From Candidatus Hadarchaeota archaeon (GTDB taxonomy: Archaea; CAYQAE01; CAYVLA01), in NCBI GenBank assembly GCA_964452145.1, contig CAYVLA010000115.1, positions 1 to 10,628 on the forward strand: a DNA stretch of 10,628 nucleotides, written 5' to 3'. How positions within the stretch are numbered: the stretch's first letter is position 1; each line of letters starts with the position of its first letter. Positions 1-6,512 of the stretch are shown one piece after another. The notes under the pieces are model-generated. The model was not told where the DNA came from. It worked only from the letters and a program-made list of their open reading frames with translations, and did not search any database. A program made the translations under genes and the position numbers.

Positions 1-6
1 ATTGCA

Positions 7-1461
7 CTACCTCCATCCCGAGGGCAGATACCAGACCTGCCCAATGCTGCCCAGGTACGAGAAGACCTTTCTTGGTTCGCCTACCGCGGCCACCTTCCCC
101 GCCTCAAGGAAGGCCATCCGATCACAATTGTGGGCGATCAGGTCCGGATCATGAGCTACAAGCAGCACGGAAGAGCCTTGCTTGGCCCTGCATCGCATTA
201 GATCCATGATCCTGTCAACGTTGGCTCGGTCCTGCCCCACGAAGGGTTCATCGAGGAGGAAGATCCTCGGCTCGTAGACCGCCACTGAGGCGACGTTCAG
301 CCGCCTTTTCTCTCCCATGCTCAGCCTGTGAGGGGATTCGTGGGCATGTTCCGCGAGGCCGGAGCCTTGCAGCAGGGCATTAGCCTTGCTCCTGGTCTCC
401 TGCTCAGCCAGCCCGAAGTTCCTCGGTCCGAACAGAACCTCATCCATCACAGTGGACTCGAATATCTGATGATTGGGATTCTGGAAGACTAGGCCCACGT
501 TGCGCGCCAGATCGGAAGTCCGCCCCACCGGGACCCCCCTGAGCAGGACACAACCCTTCGTCGGCTTAAGGATGCCTAGGATCACCATGAGTAGCGTTGT
601 CTTCCCGGAGCCGTTGTCCCCCATGAGGCCGAGAATCTCTCCTTCCCGCAGATCCAGGCTCACTCTGCTCAACGCCTCTCTTCCATCGTAGTCGAACGAA
701 ACATCCCTCAATGACACGACGGTGTTTCCGGGGGATCTGTCCGTCCTCCCATCGTCAGGCGGCTCGGAAGGCATTCCGTCAATCATCGACGGTGCCAATA
801 CTCGGTTTATTTGCCCCTCGTGTAGATCGGCAATCCGAGAGCATCTGGGCAAGATCCATGAGTAGCGGTGCTCGATGACCACGATTGTCTGGCCCGCCTT
901 GTTCAGTTCGCCCAGAAGCTGCCCGAGTTGCCAGATCGAGGGTGGATCAAGGCTTGATGTGGGTTCGTCAAGGATGAGCACGCGAGGCCTCAGGGCCAAT
1001 ATGGAGGCAATTGCTATTCTCTGCAGTTCGCCTCCTGAGAGAGAATTCACCGATCTATCCTGGAGGTTGCGTGACCCGACCGCATCAAGGACCTCCTCGA
1101 TTCTCTCCTTGATCTCGCCCACAGGGAAGCCAAGGTTCTCCAGACCAAAGGCGATCTCATCCTCGACGTTCAGCGTAACGACCTGCGACTCCGGGTCCTG
1201 CTGCACTAGCCCAACCCGGTCGGCAAGTTCCTGCCGCCTGGCACCGATGATCTCCTCACCCTCGACCTTCACTCGCCCCACGATCTCTCCCTCATCCGGA
1301 CCAAGAGAGCCCGCCATGAGCCTGGCAAGGGTCGTCTTGCCGCTGCCACTGAATCCCACGATCAGGAACATCTCCCCTGCTCGGATGTTCAGGTCGACCC
1401 CATTGAGGGCTGGGCGATCGCTTCCGCGGTATCTGAAGGTTACCTTCTCGAATTCGATCAA
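7..1461 (-). CDS. ECF-type ABC transporter ATP-binding protein with two fused ATPase domains (EcfA-A'/YkoD-like)
   Basis: Two Walker A motifs (GFSGSGKTT, GDNGSGKTT), ECF-type Q-loops (VQQDPESQ, VFQNPNHQ), signatures LSGGELQR and LSMGEKRR, Walker B LILDEP and FLLDEP, H-loops IEH and VAH. The TTG start lies 3 nt after the upstream gene's TAG. Confidence 0.93.
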   Translation of the reverse strand: MIEFEKVTFRYRGSDRPALNGVDLNIRAGEMFLIVGFSGSGKTTLARLMAGSLGPDEGEIVGRVKVEGEEIIGARRQELADRVGLVQQDPESQVVTLNVEDEIAFGLENLGFPVGEIKERIEEVLDAVGSRNLQDRSVNSLSGGELQRIAIASILALRPRVLILDEPTSSLDPPSIWQLGQLLGELNKAGQTIVVIEHRYSWILPRCSRIADLHEGQINRVLAPSMIDGMPSEPPDDGRTDRSPGNTVVSLRDVSFDYDGREALSRVSLDLREGEILGLMGDNGSGKTTLLMVILGILKPTKGCVLLRGVPVGRTSDLARNVGLVFQNPNHQIFESTVMDEVLFGPRNFGLAEQETRSKANALLQGSGLAEHAHESPHRLSMGEKRRLNVASVAVYEPRIFLLDEPFVGQDRANVDRIMDLMRCRAKQGSSVLLVAHDPDLIAHNCDRMAFLEAGKVAAVGEPRKVFSYLGSIGQVWYLPSGWR

Positions 1462-1464
1462 GCT

Positions 1465-2490
1465 CTAGATCAACTCAACCGACTTGATGTCACGTATCCA
1501 CAGGGATCCGTCGAGTTCTGCCCCGACCAGCCTGGCCCCTTGCTTGTCGGAGACGATCAGGATCGATTCGGAGCCCATGACCAGACCCAGGTCCAAGACG
1601 ACCTTATAGCCATCTGTCGCAGTGAGCCTCACCCTTGTGGCATCGGCCTTCGGTTCGGCCGACCTCAGCACGCAGGATAGCAGGACCCCCGTGTAATTCC
1701 TAGGTTCTACATGGATGAAGGAGCCTTTCAGCTCTGCCTCGACCGTGACAAGGCAATCCCCGAAGTCATGCTCGACGTAGGTGTAGGGCCGCCCCACAAG
1801 GCCTTTGACCGCGAATCCTTCAGGTTCCCCCCAGTTGTAGACCACAGAGTAGTACCAGACCCCACCGGACAGGAAAGCGGCGACGAGTACATACCCCAAG
1901 ACGATCCTCCATCTCGGCACTGGCGGCTCTGGCTGCGTGGGCATACGGCCCGATTGCGTCAGAGATCTCAGAATCTCCCAGGCGAAGTATCCGGCAAAGA
2001 GCACGCCAGAGGCAAAGGCCAGCCCGGCAAGGATAAGGATGTAGGTGACCGGGACACCCGAAAGGAAGAGGAACTGAAAGACGAAGACGTTGGATGAAGT
2101 GGCTAGGCCTCCTGCTAGCATCTGGCCCAGTCTGTCGTCCGAGCGAAAACGCAAGAGCAGGAGATCCACCACAAACCCCTCTATTGCCGATACCAGAACA
2201 ACCAAGACGCCATGAACGCTCCCGGCGAGCATCTCGACCAGCCCCTTCAAGATCCCGGCCACGGTGCCCGATCCAACCCTTCGGGTCATACCCCTCGCTA
2301 GAATGAGCCAGAAGACGTGTAGCCCGGCAAGGACCTGACCGGCCCCGAAAGGAGTGCCCACGAAGCTGTTGATGAGGTTGGCCAGATAGCCGACGTAGGC
2401 GCTCAAAACCCCGCCTAGAGCACTGAGTATCGCCAAGGTAACAAGATCCCTTGTATCGAGGCCGCGCATGCTCTTTCTTCCTTCCGCCAT
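1465..2490 (-). CDS. ECF transporter S-component (YkoE-like) fused via a 7th TM helix to a C-terminal extracellular molybdopterin-oxidoreductase-like domain
   Basis: aa ~10-181 form a ~6-TM small membrane domain (TRDLVTLAILSALGG...GLHVFW...RRVGSGTVAGILKGLVEMLAG...EGFVVDL) typical of S-components. A Pro-rich linker and a TM at aa ~195-217 follow. The soluble domain carries FAVKG, YTGVLLSCVL, VRLTATDGY, ARLVG, WIRDIKSVEL. The gene is adjacent to the ECF ATPase. Confidence 0.8.
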   Translation of the reverse strand: MAEGRKSMRGLDTRDLVTLAILSALGGVLSAYVGYLANLINSFVGTPFGAGQVLAGLHVFWLILARGMTRRVGSGTVAGILKGLVEMLAGSVHGVLVVLVSAIEGFVVDLLLLRFRSDDRLGQMLAGGLATSSNVFVFQFLFLSGVPVTYILILAGLAFASGVLFAGYFAWEILRSLTQSGRMPTQPEPPVPRWRIVLGYVLVAAFLSGGVWYYSVVYNWGEPEGFAVKGLVGRPYTYVEHDFGDCLVTVEAELKGSFIHVEPRNYTGVLLSCVLRSAEPKADATRVRLTATDGYKVVLDLGLVMGSESILIVSDKQGARLVGAELDGSLWIRDIKSVELI

Positions 2491-2509
2491 CCGTTGGTCC
2501 CGAGGGGAT

Positions 2510-4402
2510 TTAGCCCTTCTGGGGCAAGACGAGTTCTATCCTGCTTACTCCCTTGATGCTCTGCTTTGATGTCAGCCCCTCCCCCACAACCCGGAGGGGC
2601 CATCCATCCTCAAGAACCTCGCCGTCCTTCAGGTGGGCGAGGATGATCCGGTCGTTTCTCCACACAAGTGAGCTTTCGATGGTTGCTGTGAATCCATCCG
2701 ATGCTGTGATCAAGACCTGATATCCTTCCCGGGCCAGGTCGTCATTGAAGAAGTAGTGCCCCTCCGGGTCCTCCTTCCCGTCGATGATGCTGATGGCGAC
2801 CCAGAGGGGAAGGCCCTCGTAGAGGCTTGTAACGTTCCTGCTGGTCAGGTTGACGGCGGCGCGGTGTCTCTCGCATGTCGCGGCTGATTCGAATGTGGTC
2901 CTGTTCAACAGGTACCGGGTCAAGCCGACGAGCTCCACGGTCCAATCCTTGATTGCCTTCTTAATCCTCAGCCCGATGACCTCCTTGGTCCAGAAGTGGC
3001 TGTCGGTGACGAAGTCGTCCCCTTCGCCAAGGTAAGCCAGTCTGAAAGGCTGCCCGCTGAAGTCACGGCTCCCGTTCTGCTCATAGATCAGAACAGCCGT
3101 CACGCCACCGAATCCGACCTTGTTCCCCGCCAGATCATACACGTCAACCTGGCCCCTGACCTGCTCCTCGGTTAGCGTGATGGTGTAGCCGTCAACTGCC
3201 CTTATCTCCAAGCTGAAATTCTGGGGAATGTCGCCCGCGACCTGCAGCACGGAAAGCAAGGGGATGCCGTTCGCATCGTATGGCCCAACTACTGCTCCCG
3301 TCGTCTTCAGGTAGCCTCCGTAGCCCCTCACGCTGCCCAAGTTCAACAGTTCGGAATAGAACAATTCTCGGATCTCTTCGCCTTCGACTCTCACGACCCA
3401 GAGGGGAAAGAACTGTAGCCGATGGAGCCCCTCGACCGACCAGTCGGGGGATGCCAGTGCAGGGTGTTGCGCCAGAGATGACCCGTTCAACCGGTCGGCA
3501 ACCACCATGGCATCATTCTGGGCAACCTCTTGGCTTCTGAGGCTGAATTCGGAGTTGCCTTGCAGCCTCACCTCGTATCCAAGCTGCGCATAGGAATTGT
3601 TGAACGAGTCGTCGCCCCTCCTAGGATCCCCGTCAATGAGGCCAAGAAGCCTCCAGAGGGGAACCCCCTCCCAGAGGTTTCCCTGCGGATCGGTCACGTT
3701 CCGTCTGAGGCCATGACCAAGCGTCTCGAACTCGGTTCTCGAGAGGTTCTTGGACGTCGATCCGATCATCGACAGGACCCATTCTTCACCAGGGCTCCTT
3801 CCCGGCCGAACCTCCACCTTCCAGGCATTCCTGACGGACCGACCGCCCGCCGAAGGGTTCGAAAAGTATCCTTGGCCAATGCCCGATGTGTACATTGCAT
3901 CCGTGTTGCTGAACTCCTCGTCGGGGGCCAAGAAGATGGTTCTGGGTCCATGGGACCACTTCGGGATCTCCTCTTCGTCAGAGACGCATGCCATGATGAA
4001 CTGTCCCTGTATCGACAGGAGATCGAGGTCCGGGTAGACGTTATAGTAGGTGTAATCTTGGTAGTAGCCGTCGTGGCTCGTAACCCGCAACTCATCCCCA
4101 GGGTTCATCCCGCCCACCATCTCCACAAGCACCTCCATCGGCACGCCCCGGAAAGCCTCCGTGTTGCCCCAGTTGCCGAGCTTGTTCTGGGATCTGACCC
4201 GACCGCTCGTCGATGAGAGACTCTTAAGCGAGGAATAGTCCAGGACGAGTTCATCTCCCTCTTTTCCAACAAGCGTCAGATTAGGGTAGGAACCCTTCGC
4301 GTTCTGTTTTCCTTGCAGGCGCAGAAACCAGAGGCCCAGCACCAGTATCAATACCGAGCAGAGGATGAGAGCCATCTGCAAACTCCGGTTTTGGTTCGAC
4401 AT
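2510..4402 (-). CDS. Membrane-anchored extracellular protein with four tandem molybdopterin-oxidoreductase-like (sulfite oxidase/MsrP fold) repeats; ~630 aa
   Basis: Start reassigned to the ATG at 4402 (MSNQNRSLQMALILCSVLILVLGLWFLR, one N-terminal TM). The 45 upstream codons cover the promoter and overlap the MFS ORF extension. Repeated motifs: FRGVPM/WEGVPL/ANGIPL/YEGLPL, SHDGY/AVDGY/ASDGF, GPRT/PFRL/PLRV, and terminal strands (VRNAWKVEV, IKGVSRIEL). Confidence 0.8.
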   Translation of the reverse strand: MSNQNRSLQMALILCSVLILVLGLWFLRLQGKQNAKGSYPNLTLVGKEGDELVLDYSSLKSLSSTSGRVRSQNKLGNWGNTEAFRGVPMEVLVEMVGGMNPGDELRVTSHDGYYQDYTYYNVYPDLDLLSIQGQFIMACVSDEEEIPKWSHGPRTIFLAPDEEFSNTDAMYTSGIGQGYFSNPSAGGRSVRNAWKVEVRPGRSPGEEWVLSMIGSTSKNLSRTEFETLGHGLRRNVTDPQGNLWEGVPLWRLLGLIDGDPRRGDDSFNNSYAQLGYEVRLQGNSEFSLRSQEVAQNDAMVVADRLNGSSLAQHPALASPDWSVEGLHRLQFFPLWVVRVEGEEIRELFYSELLNLGSVRGYGGYLKTTGAVVGPYDANGIPLLSVLQVAGDIPQNFSLEIRAVDGYTITLTEEQVRGQVDVYDLAGNKVGFGGVTAVLIYEQNGSRDFSGQPFRLAYLGEGDDFVTDSHFWTKEVIGLRIKKAIKDWTVELVGLTRYLLNRTTFESAATCERHRAAVNLTSRNVTSLYEGLPLWVAISIIDGKEDPEGHYFFNDDLAREGYQVLITASDGFTATIESSLVWRNDRIILAHLKDGEVLEDGWPLRVVGEGLTSKQSIKGVSRIELVLPQKG

Positions 4403-4407
4403 ACCGC

Positions 4408-4435
4408 ATCGATATGCAAGCCTGTGCATATCGTA
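4408..4435. promoter_or_regulatory. Palindromic operator CGATATGCA-N6-TGCATATCG, ModE-box-like
   Basis: Perfect 9-bp inverted repeat at 4410-4418/4425-4433 with a 6-nt spacer, located between the TATA-like box and the ATG at 4402. It resembles the ModE consensus ATCGNTATATA-N6-TATATANCGAT. Confidence 0.6.
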
Positions 4436-4450
4436 GTTAACTCTTTTCTT
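4434..4450 (-). promoter_or_regulatory. Putative archaeal BRE/TATA promoter of the ECF operon
   Basis: The minus strand reads AAGAAAAGAGTTAACTA: a purine-rich BRE-like run followed by TTAACTA, 31 nt upstream of the ATG at 4402. It is AT-rich in a GC-rich background. Confidence 0.5.
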
Positions 4451-4592
4451 GAGCGCCTGGGCGTGGCGTTGGGCAACAGCCCGGCAACGGCCATCACTTG
4501 GTGTGCCCGGCGGGGGCCGAACCCAAACCGGGAACACTTATCAGGCCGCCCCAGGTGGAGTGAGGAAAACCTTAGCGAAAAGCCAGAAGAGA

Positions 4593-6044
4593 ATGTCGCT
4601 TCTCAACCTCCAACTCCGGCTCAATGGCGGACTTTCCTTCTACAAGAGACAGAGGACCAATTTCAAGATCCTCAACGTACGTACCACGCTCGGAAACTTC
4701 CTGGGAAACCTCACGACGCCCTACAATAATGTCTACGCAAAGGAGCTTGGGGCATCTCCCGTCGAACTTGGCTTCCTCTCCTCCTTGGGAGGCGCATTCG
4801 CAGCTGCCCTTGCCTTGCCTGGCGGGTTCCTCGCGGATAGGTGCGGACGGAAGAAGCTGTTCCTCCTGGGCAGTGCCTTCGGGCTTCTAACGCCGCTATC
4901 GTACTTCCTTGCCCGTTCGTGGATATGGCTCGTTCCAGCCTACGCGTTCTCAAACATAATGATAGCGTTGAGGGAGTCGGCCTACCAAGCCATGTACGCA
5001 AGTTCGGTCAATCCGGAGGACAGGGGGATCGCGTTCGGGATAGGATCCATGCTGACGAGCCTTCCCGTGGTCCTAGCACCCTTGGCCGCGGTACAACTCA
5101 TGGGGCATCCGATCAGGATAACAGCCACCGCGATCAGACCTCTGTACCTAATACAGCTCGGCGGGCTGATCGTCCTGCTACTCTTCACACTGTTCTTCCT
5201 TAAGGAGGACGGTGGTCCTCTGAGAGGCTTCAGGTCGGCCCTCGGGTCCAGGGACTTGGTGTTCCTCGCACCCTTCATGGCAGGTCCGGCCCTACTTTGC
5301 CTATTCCTCGGCTGGATCAAGGGCGTGAACCCAGCTGCGCTTCTGTCCCTGCTGTGCCTGATCGCCTTCGCTGGTGGCGTGCTTGCCCTGGGTCTGTGGG
5401 GCTACATGCGCCGGCCGAACGGAGCTCTCAGAGAGGAGGTTGCCACGATCCTGAAGTTCCCGGGGGTGAAGGCATGGCTCGCCATGAAGGGAATAGGGGC
5501 GGGGGCAGTGGGCCTTGCAAACCCTTTCTTTCTTGTCTACGCAGCCTATGTTGTGGGCGTTTCGCCAGCGGGCCTCGCCCTCATGGTCAGCATGAGAACG
5601 ATGGGCCACATGGTCTCGGCCGTTCCCTGGGGCATAGCTGCCGACCGCAGAGGGCGCAAGATGACGCTGCTGTTCGGTCGGTCCTTCCTTCACCTTGGCG
5701 TTGTGTGTTTTCTCTTCGGCGAGGAGCCGTGGATACTCATACTCGGCTACGCCTTGATGGGGGTGGCCGATGGCTCATCCTCCGTGTGGACGGTTATACG
5801 GATGGAGTTGGTGCCGGCGAAATCCAGAAGCGCGATCGCCAGCATGGATGCCTTCGTCTGGTATTTCCCGGTCATAGTTTCGGCGACGATCGGGGGGATG
5901 TTGTACGCACACTCTCCGGAGCTCATCTTCCTCCTATGTTTGGCCATCGATGCGGGGATTCGGATGCCGCTCGTCGCGTTCGGGGTACCGGAGACGTCGA
6001 AAGCGGATTTCTATCAGGAGGACAAGTACACATTTGGACAGTGA
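4593..6044 (+). CDS. Major facilitator superfamily (MFS) transporter
   Basis: MFS motif A in both halves (GGFLADRCGRKK, WGIAADRRGRK) and many hydrophobic helices. Start is ATG 4593 or the in-frame GTG 4560. The TTG at 4449 is unlikely. Confidence 0.9.
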   Translation: MSLLNLQLRLNGGLSFYKRQRTNFKILNVRTTLGNFLGNLTTPYNNVYAKELGASPVELGFLSSLGGAFAAALALPGGFLADRCGRKKLFLLGSAFGLLTPLSYFLARSWIWLVPAYAFSNIMIALRESAYQAMYASSVNPEDRGIAFGIGSMLTSLPVVLAPLAAVQLMGHPIRITATAIRPLYLIQLGGLIVLLLFTLFFLKEDGGPLRGFRSALGSRDLVFLAPFMAGPALLCLFLGWIKGVNPAALLSLLCLIAFAGGVLALGLWGYMRRPNGALREEVATILKFPGVKAWLAMKGIGAGAVGLANPFFLVYAAYVVGVSPAGLALMVSMRTMGHMVSAVPWGIAADRRGRKMTLLFGRSFLHLGVVCFLFGEEPWILILGYALMGVADGSSSVWTVIRMELVPAKSRSAIASMDAFVWYFPVIVSATIGGMLYAHSPELIFLLCLAIDAGIRMPLVAFGVPETSKADFYQEDKYTFGQ

Positions 6045-6180
6045 GGCCCGGCTGCCCAGATTACGGTTTTCACAAGGATTTGGGACGGCGGGGGCCTATC
6101 CATTTTAGGTCGGGACGCATGTCAAGGGGTTTCCGTAGCCTTCTCAGGCTTTGAGAACCAAGAACGGAAGCAGGGTAGAA

Positions 6181-6486
6181 ATGAAGTACCCGTTGGTGGG
6201 CGTGGGTGCGGCAGGAATCGTAAGCACGGTGGCATTCAGTCTCTTCCTGCCGGGCGAAGGCGCTCGTTTTGGGATCGGCGATATCCTTGACACATCTCTG
6301 CTGCTTGGAATGGCCTTCGGCGCCATTCTGACGGTTGGCTTGGCAGCGATGGCCAAGAACCTGAGCACTCGGGAGGGAGGACCTATCGCATCGAAGACCG
6401 ATTGGTGCAAGACGTGTCCGAGTTGCTCGACCTTCATCCGTAAGAGAAGGAATTTCTGTCCCCATTGCGGGGCCGATCTGAGATAG
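6181..6486 (+). CDS. Small 2-TM membrane protein with a C-terminal zinc ribbon
   Basis: Two hydrophobic segments followed by CKTCPSC...NFCPHCGADL. ATG at 6181 is preferred over TTG at 6151. Confidence 0.75.
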   Translation: MKYPLVGVGAAGIVSTVAFSLFLPGEGARFGIGDILDTSLLLGMAFGAILTVGLAAMAKNLSTREGGPIASKTDWCKTCPSCSTFIRKRRNFCPHCGADLR

Positions 6487-6512
6487 ATCCGCGCGCTCGG
6501 AAGCCGGCTGGA

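Noticed and set aside
2491..2502. CCAACGG upstream of both the 2490 and 10415 starts (minus strand)
   Set aside because: A 7-mer at different spacings before unrelated genes, likely coincidence.
473..4216. Plus-strand ORFs antisense to the ECF operon (e.g. 875..1468, 1711..2097, 3530..4216)
   Set aside because: Shadow ORFs of high-GC coding sequence with no motifs, fully overlapping well-supported genes.
4455..4513. Potential GC-rich hairpin (TGGCGTT-GGGC-AACA-GCCC...AACGGCCA) considered as a Moco/TPP/cobalamin riboswitch
   Set aside because: No recognisable riboswitch consensus. It lies upstream of both putative promoters, and such pairing is expected at this GC content.
4403..4592. N-terminal extensions of ORFs 2510..4537 (-) and 4449..6044 (+), which would overlap each other
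   Set aside because: Both are low-complexity, non-domain extensions running through the divergent promoter region. Downstream starts give a sensible TM anchor and MFS N-terminus.
6141..6157. Inverted repeat TTCTCA-N5-TGAGAA upstream of the zinc-ribbon gene
   Set aside because: Only 6-bp arms, no U-tract and no supporting context.
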